Assembly (NCBI GenBank): GCA_030550395.1
Contig: JAUQPL010000006.1
Span: 4,624 to 68,623 of the forward strand
DNA from: Bacteroidota bacterium
GTDB lineage: Bacteria; Bacteroidota; Ignavibacteria; Kapaibacteriales; HRBIN21
Direction of reading: 5' to 3'
DNA length: 64,000 nt
This document shows positions 1-9,633 of this stretch, in pieces. A program made the translations under genes and the position numbers. Under the pieces are notes generated by a model. It was not told the DNA's origin. It did no database searches and saw only the letters and a program-made list of their open reading frames with translations. Position 1 is the first letter of the stretch; every line of letters begins with the position of its first letter.

Positions 1-993
1 CGGGACTCAGCGTGGGTGCGGGGGCTTGTGGCTATGGTTCCAATTCAAGTTGTCCGATGTCAGCTCCAGCTCCAGCTTGGGCAGGAGGTAAAGCGGCAGG
101 AGCTCACGATGTCCACAGCCCCTGGGGTGATGCGATGGAGCTCCCCGCTGGTTGCGATGCCGGGAGGGGATACCGTAGTGGTACCCTTTGTTTTAGGTTC
201 CGCACTTCCGTTTGGCTCCCTTGCGGCTCGCTTTGTGTTCTGGGATGCGCGGATAGAGCTGGGAAAGCCCTATAGCTATCGCTGTCGTCAGCTCCCTGCG
301 GCGGAGGGAGAGCGATGGTGGGATAGTGTTCCGGAGCTGCGGGGCGAGATCTTCGCTTATCGCTGCGGGCAGCTACGGATACACCGTCTTCCCTCAGGCT
401 TTCCTGCTTTCCGGTTTGAGCCTGGTCCTGTTTGCGGATGGATAGAGCTGGAGCTGCCGATGGCGATGGCTGTGCCGGGACGCTATGAGCTGACTCTGCT
501 TCGCGCCGATACCGTGCCGAAGGATACCCTACGCTGGAACTTTCGCATCCTTTGGGCAACGATGCCGGCTTCGCTCCGCCACATTCCGTATGCTGTTCAA
601 AGCATGCGATACCTGCTGACCGACGAGGAATGGGAACGGCTGCGGAGGGGTTCGTCGCACGAACAATGGGACAAACTCTGGCGTTATTGGAAGCAGCGTG
701 ATCCAACGCCTACGACGGCTTACAACGAAGCTATGGCGGTGTATTTCCGCCGGGTGGACCATGCTTATTTTGCTTTTCAGTCGGTGACCGAACCTGATGG
801 GGCGCAGACGGACCGGGGAAAGGTGTATATCCTGTATGGGGAGCCAAGTCGGGTTGAGCGTGATTTCCCACGCGATGATGCTCCGCGGGAGGTGTGGATT
901 TATGACCGTTTCCGCAAGAGGTTCCTCTTTGAACTCCGCCCCGATGGACGTTGGCGGTTGGTCAAGGTTGAGTGGGACGAGCCTAGGCGTTGA
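1..993 (+). CDS. GWxTD domain-containing protein (5' partial)
   Basis: Frame open from base 1; C-terminal 'YWKQRDPTPTTAYNEAMAVYFRRVDHA...DGAQTDRGKVYILYGEP...REVWIY' matches the GWxTD domain pattern. Confidence 0.85.
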   Translation, partial: RDSAWVRGLVAMVPIQVVRCQLQLQLGQEVKRQELTMSTAPGVMRWSSPLVAMPGGDTVVVPFVLGSALPFGSLAARFVFWDARIELGKPYSYRCRQLPAAEGERWWDSVPELRGEIFAYRCGQLRIHRLPSGFPAFRFEPGPVCGWIELELPMAMAVPGRYELTLLRADTVPKDTLRWNFRILWATMPASLRHIPYAVQSMRYLLTDEEWERLRRGSSHEQWDKLWRYWKQRDPTPTTAYNEAMAVYFRRVDHAYFAFQSVTEPDGAQTDRGKVYILYGEPSRVERDFPRDDAPREVWIYDRFRKRFLFELRPDGRWRLVKVEWDEPRR

Positions 994-995
994 GT

Positions 996-2126
996 ATGGC
1001 GGTTCGGATCGTACCCCTTAGTGCGGACCATCCTCGGCAACGTCGTGCCTTCATTCGTCTTCAGTGGCGCTTCTATCGGGACGACCCCCTATGGGTCCCT
1101 CCGTTGCGGGCAGAGGTGGACCGGCTTTTAGACCCACGGCGGAATCCTTTCTTCCATCATGCCCGTATTCGCCTCTTCGTTGCTGAACGGGCGGGAGAGT
1201 TGGTCGGACGGATTGCTGCCATTGTCAATGAGCTCCACAATCAGACGCACCACGATGCGGTTGGATTCTTCGGCTTCTTTGAATCTATACCGGACGACTC
1301 CGTTGCACGTGCACTGGTCCACGCTGCGGGGGCATGGTTGCGGGAGCAGGGGCGTACCCATATTCGGGGTCCTGTAAACCCTTCTATGAACGACGAGTGT
1401 GGGCTGCTGGTGGAGGGCTTTGACCGTCCGCCAGTCATTATGATGCCGTACAATCCTCCGTACTACGCTGAGCTGCTGCAAGCGTGTGGTTTTCAAAAGG
1501 CGAAGGATTTGTTAGCATACTGGCTAACAGAGCAATTTCTGTCGCCGAAGCTCCAGCGGGGGCAAGAGCTGGTGCGCCAACGGTTTGGAATCCGTATCCG
1601 CGGGATGGATTTTCGGAACCGCAAGCTCTTTCAGGAAGATGTGGAGTGCATCAAGGCAATCTACAACCAGGCGTGGGAGCCGAATTGGGGCTTTGTGCGT
1701 TTGACGGATGCGGAAATGGATGCCTTGGTTGCGGGATTCAAGCAGATTGCCGATCCGGAGTTGGCAATCTTCGCCTTCCGCGGCGAGGAACCCATTGGTT
1801 TTGCATTAGCCGTGCCTGATATCAATCAGGTGTTGCGCTTCAACCGCTCAGGGAGTACACTGGGGGCACTTTGGCACTTTGTCACGAAGCGCCATCGGAT
1901 TGACACGATGCGGATCCTTATTCTAGGGATCTTGCCCAAGTACCAGCACATCGGTGCTGATGCTGTGCTCTACTATGAACTGGGGGTCCGAGGTCTCAGG
2001 AAGGGCTTCCGCTATGCGGAGGCAAGTTGGGTGCTGGAAGACAACTGGGCAATGCGCAACCCTTTGGAGAAGATGCTGGGGGCGCAGTTGTACAAGCGGT
2101 ATCGTATCTACGAGATGGCGCTGTAG
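996..2126 (+). CDS. GNAT-fold N-acetyltransferase-like protein (YghO-like)
   Basis: 'DDPLWVPPL', 'VGRIAAIVN', 'GFFGFFE', 'MMPYNPPYY', 'EASWVLEDN', 'YKRYRIYE' motifs. Confidence 0.75.
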   Translation: MAVRIVPLSADHPRQRRAFIRLQWRFYRDDPLWVPPLRAEVDRLLDPRRNPFFHHARIRLFVAERAGELVGRIAAIVNELHNQTHHDAVGFFGFFESIPDDSVARALVHAAGAWLREQGRTHIRGPVNPSMNDECGLLVEGFDRPPVIMMPYNPPYYAELLQACGFQKAKDLLAYWLTEQFLSPKLQRGQELVRQRFGIRIRGMDFRNRKLFQEDVECIKAIYNQAWEPNWGFVRLTDAEMDALVAGFKQIADPELAIFAFRGEEPIGFALAVPDINQVLRFNRSGSTLGALWHFVTKRHRIDTMRILILGILPKYQHIGADAVLYYELGVRGLRKGFRYAEASWVLEDNWAMRNPLEKMLGAQLYKRYRIYEMAL

Positions 2127-2157
2127 TTGAGGCTTGGGCTCTGATGGGGTTCCGGAC

Positions 2158-3468
2158 TTACGGTTCGGGTGGGAAGAGTTGACGCCCGCGGACGAAGACC
2201 CTTTGGATGGCTGCTGGCGTTGCGGTGTAGAGAAGGCGCATCAGTAAGCTTTCTGGGTCTGTCCGCAAGGGGTGCTGAGGTTCTAAGGTAGCAAGGTCCA
2301 TGACGATGAAGTCAGCGTCTTTGCCAGACTCAAAGCTGCCGATGGAACTATCTAAACCCAGGGCTTGGGCTCCTCCGAGAGTAGCAAGCCAGAGGGCTTC
2401 CTCGGGGCTGATTTCTGTCGGGGTTTCTTCGGGAGCTATAAAGCTTCGCAACTTTGCCATTTCTCGGGCGTAACGGGCCTCTTCGAGGATGAAGGGAGAA
2501 TATCCCGCGCCGATATCGCTTCCGAGTCCAATGCGGAGGCCGAGATCCAGGTAACACCGCAGAGGCATGATTCCGCTGCGGAGAAAGACGTTGGAGCGTG
2601 GGCAGTGGGCGATGGCACATCCGGCAGAGCGCAGTTGTGCTTGCTCCGAGGGGGAAAGGTAGAGGCAGTGCGCCAAGATGGTTCGTGATGTCAGCAAGCC
2701 AGCGGCATCGTAGATGGCAGTGTAGGTAGGAAAGTGGGGAAATTGTCCGGCAATCCAGCGTATCTCAGGCAGGCTCTCTGCCAAGTGCGTTTGCACTGGG
2801 AGCTCATACCGGTGGGCGATATCGGCACAAAGTCGGAGTAGCTCCAAAGAGCAGCTGCCAGCAAAGCGTGGGGAGACGGCATATAGAAGGCGCCCATAGT
2901 CATAGCCATGCCACTGGGCAAGGAGCTTTTCCAGCGCCTGGGGAGCATCTTCCGTGCGAATCCGAAGCTCCGGAGGCACGTTGGTATCCATGAGCGTTTG
3001 TCCCATGAGCACGCGTAGCCCTATCCGGGCAGCTGCGGCGAAGGCTTGCGAAGTTGCCTCAGCAAAGGGAGGCCCGAAGACCATAAGGGTAGTTGTCCCA
3101 CACCGAAGTGCAGCTTGGAAGAAAAGCTCCGCTTGCTGTTCGGCAAACTCTGGGTCTGCAAACCGTGCTTCCAAAGGGAAGATGAGGGTGTGCAACCATG
3201 GGAGGAGTTCTCCGGAATCAATGGCTATGGCTTGGTATTGGGGCAAGTGCGTGTGGACATCCACAAAGCCTGGTAGGAGGAGGCTTCGGGGACCGAAATC
3301 ACGAACTATCGCATGGGGGAAGCGCTGCTGGAGTTGTGTGGCCTCTCCCAGCGCTTGAATACGCCCTGCAGAATCTACGGTGAGAGCGCCGTCGTAGATA
3401 CAAGTGACCCGACGCTCTCTGGTAGGGTTAAGAATGTATCGAGCTCGGTACAGAACCGGATGCCCCAT
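2158..3468 (-). CDS. guaD: guanine deaminase (amidohydrolase family)
   Basis: 'PGFVDVHTHLPQY', 'SPRFAGSCS', 'QTHLAE', 'AHCPRSN', 'GLGSDIGAG'; start set at internal ATG (MGHPVLY). Confidence 0.85.
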   Translation of the reverse strand: MGHPVLYRARYILNPTRERRVTCIYDGALTVDSAGRIQALGEATQLQQRFPHAIVRDFGPRSLLLPGFVDVHTHLPQYQAIAIDSGELLPWLHTLIFPLEARFADPEFAEQQAELFFQAALRCGTTTLMVFGPPFAEATSQAFAAAARIGLRVLMGQTLMDTNVPPELRIRTEDAPQALEKLLAQWHGYDYGRLLYAVSPRFAGSCSLELLRLCADIAHRYELPVQTHLAESLPEIRWIAGQFPHFPTYTAIYDAAGLLTSRTILAHCLYLSPSEQAQLRSAGCAIAHCPRSNVFLRSGIMPLRCYLDLGLRIGLGSDIGAGYSPFILEEARYAREMAKLRSFIAPEETPTEISPEEALWLATLGGAQALGLDSSIGSFESGKDADFIVMDLATLEPQHPLRTDPESLLMRLLYTATPAAIQRVFVRGRQLFPPEP

Positions 3469-3922
3469 AGGTTTGGGGTTCGTCGGCAGTGGCGCTGACA
3501 ATGACGGTTTTCAAAAGTTCAAGGCTTGCTTCGGCAGGAAGCACCGCAGAGGAGACAGGCAGTGGGGTTGTGTCCGACGAGGCAATTGACCAAGACCCCA
3601 GCTTCGGAGAAACATTGTGCCTCAGGAGCCAGCAAGGGAACGTGCTGGGAATGCTACTTTCAAGCGAGCAGCTACAGCCCAGATACAGCGGAGTTCTGTC
3701 CAGCGAGAACATCCGTTGCTGAGCTGACGACGGCTGGGGTGAGAGCGTTGCAGATTGTCGGTAAAGGAAATTTGGAATGCGATAGCCCCCATTCCCGTCA
3801 ATGTTGTAGCTCAATCCTGCAGCGGTTAGTTGCCGGGCAACGCGTAGGTCTGTAGAACCCAGAACCTGTGCCCATGCAGTAGAGGAGAGGAGCCCGAGAA
3901 CAAAGCAACACGGGAGAAGCAT
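3428..3922 (-). pseudogene. probably degenerate secreted YbjN/chaperone-fold-like protein
   Basis: Signal peptide, 'DLRVARQLTAAGLSYNIDGNGGY' and 'LLRHN...KLGSWSI' in the main frame; family-like middle segments appear only in shifted frames. Confidence 0.45.
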
Positions 3923-3974
3923 GGCAATCTCTATCAAGACCCAACAGAAAGCGCCGTGCTTGGCCTTGTTTTGC

Positions 3975-5069
3975 TCAGTAAGCGAAGTCTACCCCCACAG
4001 TCAGCCGCGTGAGAGGATTGTGGAATTGGCGTTCTATTTCTGCCAACAGACGCACGTTCCGGTAAGGGTAGTAGCTGTATTGTAGTGCTGCTGACCGATG
4101 GCGGAGGGATTGGTAAATGGAACCGTCGGGAGCATGGATTAGGTTAGCAAGGAAGGCGATGGCGTGCGGGAAGTCTATGTACTCTATCCCCAGGAAGCCT
4201 CCGTACAGGGTATGGCTTCGGGAATTGTCGTATCCGTAGAGGGCTTGGAAGAAGAGCTCTGTGTTATCCCAGAAGTTCCACCGCCAGTCTAACCCGATCC
4301 GGTAGCCGCGGATAATCCTGCCGGCCGTGTCAGGCACTTCTCCATAGAGACCAAACACCCCCAATTGGAGGGGAAGGGCAATGTGGCCGAAGAGGACCTT
4401 ACGGTTGTCGGCGTCGGCGTCTTCACCGATGTACTCTCCTATGCCATTTCCGTTGACAATGCCCAAAGCAAGGTCCCATGGAAGGCTGAGGATGAGTCCC
4501 CTCTGATACGTGAGGGGGAAGCGTCCGACTTTATAGATGAGGTAGTCGCTCCGGGTCAGTCGGAGCTCACGGGGGAACATGAGGTCGCAGAGTTGGAATT
4601 GCCCAATCTGCAGTCCCCAACCTGCCCACGGGTGGAGGTGGACCCAGGCATCTTCGAAAAAGGGAGCCTCACCCTTTTCAAAGATGACGTAGGCGTAGAA
4701 AGAAACCTGAGGTCCCAGGGCTCCCCCGGTCAGCAATTTGACTGCCCAAGGGGCTTTGAAATCTTGACGCCATTGGCGATTCTGGGTTCGGAGCTCCAAC
4801 CATTGCTGGAACCGAGCAGCCAGAGGTACTCGGTCAAAGAGATTCAGTTGGTCGTCACCTGTATTGGGTACGTACGCCTTTTCTTGCATGCCCTCAAAGA
4901 TGTAGCCGCCGGCGGAGAATTGTTGCCCGAAGGCGTTGAGTTTTGGGAAGGCAACGTGGCAAGTTGCACAAGATAATCCGTACTGGCGGGCAAAGGCGGG
5001 GATAGCATCAGCAGAGGGAGGCAGGAGAAGGCAAAGGCATACACTGAGCAGGGAAAGAGCCAAAGTCAT
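3975..5069 (-). CDS. Cyc2-like fused monoheme cytochrome c-porin
   Basis: Signal peptide then 'AIPAFARQYGLSCATCHVAFPKLNAFGQQFSAGGY' (CxxCH in Cyc2-type context); amphipathic beta-strands; C-terminal aromatic 'VGVDFAY'. Confidence 0.75.
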   Translation of the reverse strand: MTLALSLLSVCLCLLLPPSADAIPAFARQYGLSCATCHVAFPKLNAFGQQFSAGGYIFEGMQEKAYVPNTGDDQLNLFDRVPLAARFQQWLELRTQNRQWRQDFKAPWAVKLLTGGALGPQVSFYAYVIFEKGEAPFFEDAWVHLHPWAGWGLQIGQFQLCDLMFPRELRLTRSDYLIYKVGRFPLTYQRGLILSLPWDLALGIVNGNGIGEYIGEDADADNRKVLFGHIALPLQLGVFGLYGEVPDTAGRIIRGYRIGLDWRWNFWDNTELFFQALYGYDNSRSHTLYGGFLGIEYIDFPHAIAFLANLIHAPDGSIYQSLRHRSAALQYSYYPYRNVRLLAEIERQFHNPLTRLTVGVDFAY

Positions 5070-5095
5070 GGTGTCTCCTCCAGCTCGATGGGACT

Positions 5096-6586
5096 TTATT
5101 GGATAACGGAAACCTCAACCCTTCGGTTCTGGGCGCGTGCTTCCTCAGAGGTACCCGGCACTAATGGGCGCCGGCGTCCCCATCCCTTTGTCTCAATGCG
5201 TCGGGATTCAATCCCATTACGCACCAAGTACTCTTTGACTGCATCGGCACGGCGTTGGGAGAGCCGGTCGTTGTAAGCGTCGGTGCCGACGTCATCGGTA
5301 TGCCCCTCAATGAGGATGCGTACGGAGGGATATGCTTTGAGGAAGTCTACCAACCGTTCCAGGTCGGGTATAGACTCTTCTTTCAGCTCAGCTTTGTCAA
5401 AGTCAAAGAAGACCAGGAGGCGAGTCCGACCGTGCTCTGCAGGAGTGAGGCGGATATCCTTCGTGATAGGGTTCTCCGTTATATTGCGCCCGACCTCAAA
5501 GCGTTCGCTGTAGAAGAGATAGCCCTCACGGGAGGCGGTCACAGAGTACGTCCGTCCAGCGGGGAGAGCAACGTAGTACTCACCTGTTTCTTCGTCGCTA
5601 TAAAGTTCGGCGATTTTCCGGCGCGTCCGGAGGTCAGTAATTGTAATGACAGCTCCCAGGGGACGCTCTGTATCGGCATCGCGGACAGTGCCTTGGACCA
5701 TTAGAACCGGTTCCGGAGGATTGGGGTTAGGAACGACGAGAAAGACGTCGAGGTCACCATCTGCTGTGGTGCGGCTCAAAAGAGCAGCGTTGCGGTCCGG
5801 TAGGGGAACGTAGAAGTATTCATCGGCGGCTGTGTTAATAGGAGAGGCTAACTTTTGGGGGCGCTCGAACCGGCCGTCAGCCCCCATACGACTGACGAAG
5901 ATGTCGAAGTTTCCATCCCGATTGGAAGCAAAATAGAGTGTCTTGCCATCGGCGGCCAGGACAGGCGCCATATCGTCGGCGTCAGAGTTGAGGGTTCGGA
6001 GCTCTATTGGAGTAGACCAACGATTTCCTTCACGACGGCACATCCATAAGTCTGTGCCTCCTGAGCCTCCGGGGCGGTCGGAAGCGAAGACGAGAAGTGT
6101 CCCATCGGCAGCAATACAGGGCTGGGAGTCCCAATAGGAGGAATTGACGGCTGGGCCAAGATTTTCTACTCGGGACCAGCGGTCGCCGGAGCGCCGCGCA
6201 AGGTATAGGTCGGTGCGTCCACTACCTCCGAGCTCATGCTGGAAGGCTGCAAAGAGCATCAAGTTCCCGTCCACAGTAAGGCTTGCGCTGCCTACGTGGG
6301 TGGCGTCCGCAATGGTGCCAGAGATACGCTCTGGAGCATGCCAGCGGTCACCATGACGTTCCACGCGGTAGAGGCGCTGGCGCCCTCCTGCACGACTGGA
6401 GGTGAGGAATACCTCCCGCCCGCCGCGGCTGACGCTGGTGACGAAGTCATCACCGGAAGAATTCAGCTCGGGCAAAGGGGTAACCTGAATTGCTGTTCCG
6501 GTCGGACGCACTTGAGTTTGGGCCCAGGTCGGGGAAGCTATAGTGGCTGCAAGCAGAGCGAGGACAGGGGCAACAGCGGTGTACAT
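5096..6586 (-). CDS. PD40-repeat OmpA-family protein (PorE-like architecture)
   Basis: PD40 repeats ('FASDRPGGSGGTDLW'), carboxypeptidase-regulatory-like domain, OmpA C-term 'FFDFDKAEL...IEGHTDDVG...LSQRRA...NRRVE'. Confidence 0.9.
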   Translation of the reverse strand: MYTAVAPVLALLAATIASPTWAQTQVRPTGTAIQVTPLPELNSSGDDFVTSVSRGGREVFLTSSRAGGRQRLYRVERHGDRWHAPERISGTIADATHVGSASLTVDGNLMLFAAFQHELGGSGRTDLYLARRSGDRWSRVENLGPAVNSSYWDSQPCIAADGTLLVFASDRPGGSGGTDLWMCRREGNRWSTPIELRTLNSDADDMAPVLAADGKTLYFASNRDGNFDIFVSRMGADGRFERPQKLASPINTAADEYFYVPLPDRNAALLSRTTADGDLDVFLVVPNPNPPEPVLMVQGTVRDADTERPLGAVITITDLRTRRKIAELYSDEETGEYYVALPAGRTYSVTASREGYLFYSERFEVGRNITENPITKDIRLTPAEHGRTRLLVFFDFDKAELKEESIPDLERLVDFLKAYPSVRILIEGHTDDVGTDAYNDRLSQRRADAVKEYLVRNGIESRRIETKGWGRRRPLVPGTSEEARAQNRRVEVSVIQ

Positions 6587-6599
6587 GGCTGCCTCCGAA

Positions 6600-7463
6600 C
6601 TACAAATCAAACCAGAGTCCCAAGAGGAGCTGTATGGAATGCTGTGATGCATTGCGTAGCCGAACGTTGTACAGCCCTTCAGAGAACCATTTCCACCCGT
6701 CGCTGCTTTCCATGTCTTCGCGGAAAGAGGAGAGGAGTTGGAGCTGGAGCCGTGGGACAAGCCATAGTTTGGGGTTTAGTGGTATTGCATAGCCAGCCCC
6801 TAATTCCGCACCGATGCGGGAGCTTTTCATAGGAGGGGAGTTGATTTCTAGTTCAACCTCCAGCTGCCGGTATAGCCGATTATCCTCTGGGTTGAGGAAT
6901 CCGCAGTTGCTGGTCTCTGGGACAGAGTACTTTGTCTTTTGCCGATTACTTCGGTGAAAGTGGGCGACAATGCCAGCGGTGAGCCAAAGCTGGGCAGAGA
7001 CGTTGTAGCGTATTCCTGCCCCAGCGGTAAGGTAGTTCGTTGTGAAGGTCCAATCTACAGAAACCGGCACTGTGGTGATGATGGTAGGGTCATAGAGATT
7101 CTGACAGTCTGCTTCAGCCGTGCCGGAGTGCCCCACAGTTTTGACGTCGTACCCTACGTGCAGTCGGAGCCCGAGGTTGGGGGTGAGACCAATGTCGGCA
7201 AGGATGCGGACGGCAGGCGAGAGCCCGTTACCGCTTTTGAACAGCTGCGGGGGGGTATTGGTCGGTGCAGGGGTGGGTTGGTACTGTAGGCTTTGTGAGG
7301 CGGTGTTCCAATTTACTCCTCCTTCAATACCGAGCATGATGGGTAGTGGGCGTTCTCTTACCGGCGCGAAGGCTGGGGCACCGCGGGGACGTAGAATGTC
7401 CTCTTGGGCAATGGCGGGGAGGGTCAACAGGAGGAGACCGAGCACCGTACTCCGGGAACGCAT
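6600..7463 (-). CDS. outer-membrane beta-barrel protein (PorT/porin-like)
   Basis: Signal peptide, 'LGIEGGVN', alternating beta-strands, C-terminal 'LLLGLWFDL'. Confidence 0.65.
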   Translation of the reverse strand: MRSRSTVLGLLLLTLPAIAQEDILRPRGAPAFAPVRERPLPIMLGIEGGVNWNTASQSLQYQPTPAPTNTPPQLFKSGNGLSPAVRILADIGLTPNLGLRLHVGYDVKTVGHSGTAEADCQNLYDPTIITTVPVSVDWTFTTNYLTAGAGIRYNVSAQLWLTAGIVAHFHRSNRQKTKYSVPETSNCGFLNPEDNRLYRQLEVELEINSPPMKSSRIGAELGAGYAIPLNPKLWLVPRLQLQLLSSFREDMESSDGWKWFSEGLYNVRLRNASQHSIQLLLGLWFDL

Positions 7464-7495
7464 AGTAACCTCACGAATGGCTTAACAAGCGGCTT

Positions 7496-7556
7496 CAAAA
7501 TTACTGCGGAAGGATCAGCCGAGGCAGTAGAGTGGGAAAACGGTTCCGTAATTTTG
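7496..7556. promoter_or_regulatory. divergent pair of Bacteroidota-type -7 promoter elements (TAnnTTTG)
   Basis: TAATTTTG on minus strand at 7496-7503 and on plus strand at 7549-7556, between divergent genes. Confidence 0.6.
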
Positions 7557-7585
7557 CCAAGAAGCGCAATCCATGGGCACTGGGA

Positions 7586-9610
7586 GTGTGGGGAATTGTG
7601 ATACTGCTTGGCTGCGTGCTGGGAAGTTCCGCTCAGCAGCGGAGCTGGCGGGTGTTTTTTCTTGACAAAGGACCGGAGCCGTTCTCTATAGGGAGTCCGC
7701 TGTACGAGCAGACGCTAAGGCTTCATACTCCCCGGGCGTTGGTGCGGAGAGCATGGGTTCGAGGAGGTGATTCGCTCCTTACGTTGGCGGATGCCCCCGT
7801 ATATGAGCCTTACATTGATAGCCTTCGGCGCCTGGGTGCCTCGGTTCGATTGCGGGTGCGTTGGAATAACTATGTCGTGGTAGAAGCAGATTCCGTAATT
7901 GTAGAGCGTTTGCGGGGGCTCCCATTTGTTGCTGCCGTACAGCCGACGCATCAGGTGCCTTTACCGCGTACCCGTGTGCGGGTTACCTCCGGGGAGAGAG
8001 GCTCCGGGGGAGAGACGCTCCCTGTAGTGTGTGGGGAGCTGGACTACGGGGCTTCGTGGAGGCAGGTGCAGATGCTGGAGGTGCCGTTCCTCCATCGGAT
8101 GGGCTTCACGGGAGATAGTGTTCTTGTGGGGCTTTTGGACACGGGGTTTCGCTGGCGGGGACATCCGGCGTTTGAGCACATAGCCGTGGTAGCGGAATGG
8201 GATTTCCTCCAAGGGGACTCGGTGACGGCGAATGAAGGGACGGAGCATCCCTTGCAGGATACTCATGGCACGATGGTGCTATCTGTCGTTGGAGCTTTCT
8301 GGCCGGGGCAGCTTATTGGGGTCGCCCCAATGGCTCGGTACATCTTGGCGAAGACGGAGGATATTAGCCGGGAACGACACGTGGAGGAAGATGCGTATGC
8401 GGCAGCCATAGAGTGGATGGAGGCACTTGGTGTGGACGTTATTTCTTCCTCCCTGGGCTACCGGGATTTTGATAGCTTGGAGGTGTCGTATACTACTGAG
8501 CAGTTGGATGGGCGCACGACTATTGTCGCCCGGGCGGTAACGATGGCGGCGCAGCGAGGGGTGATATGTGTGACGGCGATGGGGAACGATGGTCGGCGTG
8601 GTTTAGTCTCGCCGGCGGATGCCGATAGCGTAGTTGCGGTGGCTGCTGTTGACAGTACGGAGCAATGGGCGCCGTTTAGCTCGGTGGGATTTCGGCAGCG
8701 CGGTGTCCTCCGTCCCACGGTAGCGGCAATGGGGGTCTCTGTCGTGGCTGCGGGACCTCGAGGGCAATGGGTGCGAGCGTCGGGGACCTCACTGGCAACA
8801 CCGCTGGTGGCGGGGACATTAGCCTTGCTCATTGGGGCGCGCCCGGACGTTCCCCCGTGGCGGATTCGCCAGGCCCTCTTGGAGACAGCATCCCGCGCTC
8901 GGGCACCCGACACCTTGGTCGGCTACGGGGTCCCCCGAGCCGCGCAGGCATTGGCTTCGTTGGGAGGTGCTTTAGGAACGCCCGCTGTCTGGAAGCTGCC
9001 TTCAGGAGCTATACGAGTTGCCTGCTATGGGTTTATCCCCTTCCGCTCGTTCCATGCGTGGCTTCAGTGGGCAGCTCAGCCAAGGGAGGATGCTGTTGAG
9101 GGGTATCTTCTGATGCGGGTCACCGGGGATAATGGGATGCCGTTGCTGTATGGGGATCTGCCCGGGGTGCTGCTCCAGCGGGGGCAACCTGTGTGGATAC
9201 AGGTGTGGGTTGAGAGCGCGGAGGGGAAGAAGCTGTCCAGCCGGTGGTATGTCCTTCCTCAGCAACCTAGTTTCCCATGTGGAGTGGAGATTCCAGAGTC
9301 CGTACTCCATGGGGGTGAAGACCAAGGCAGGACAGTGCAGATTCTGCCTCACCCTGTGATGGCTGGGCAGGAGTGTGTTGCGCGTGTGCCGGGTATATAT
9401 CCGGGGAGCCAGCAGCCATTATCCTCGGTTTGTCTTTGGGACATGACGGGGCGTTTAGTCGAGTGCGTATCGCTTCTACCCGAGAGACTGGGCCAGGTTC
9501 CAGAGTGGACAGTACGGCTTCCAACGGCGAGACTCTCCCCAGGTCTCTATTGGGTAGAGGCTACGTACGGTAAAGCGGAGCGCTTGGGGGCTCCACTCAT
9601 TTTGTACTGA
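7586..9610 (+). CDS. S8 family serine peptidase with T9SS-type C-terminal domain
   Basis: Triad 'LLDTG', 'DTHGT', 'SGTSLATP'; CTD-like 'LPHPV...LWDMTGRLV...LSPGLYWV'; start uncertain (GTG 7586/7598, downstream of promoter motif). Confidence 0.88.
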   Translation: MWGIVILLGCVLGSSAQQRSWRVFFLDKGPEPFSIGSPLYEQTLRLHTPRALVRRAWVRGGDSLLTLADAPVYEPYIDSLRRLGASVRLRVRWNNYVVVEADSVIVERLRGLPFVAAVQPTHQVPLPRTRVRVTSGERGSGGETLPVVCGELDYGASWRQVQMLEVPFLHRMGFTGDSVLVGLLDTGFRWRGHPAFEHIAVVAEWDFLQGDSVTANEGTEHPLQDTHGTMVLSVVGAFWPGQLIGVAPMARYILAKTEDISRERHVEEDAYAAAIEWMEALGVDVISSSLGYRDFDSLEVSYTTEQLDGRTTIVARAVTMAAQRGVICVTAMGNDGRRGLVSPADADSVVAVAAVDSTEQWAPFSSVGFRQRGVLRPTVAAMGVSVVAAGPRGQWVRASGTSLATPLVAGTLALLIGARPDVPPWRIRQALLETASRARAPDTLVGYGVPRAAQALASLGGALGTPAVWKLPSGAIRVACYGFIPFRSFHAWLQWAAQPREDAVEGYLLMRVTGDNGMPLLYGDLPGVLLQRGQPVWIQVWVESAEGKKLSSRWYVLPQQPSFPCGVEIPESVLHGGEDQGRTVQILPHPVMAGQECVARVPGIYPGSQQPLSSVCLWDMTGRLVECVSLLPERLGQVPEWTVRLPTARLSPGLYWVEATYGKAERLGAPLILY

Positions 9611-9633
9611 TGTGTCATGGATGGTTGTGGGAC

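Noticed and set aside
790..850. GAQTD in place of GWxTD in the first gene
   Set aside because: Single substitution in an otherwise typical domain; no basis for a functional claim.
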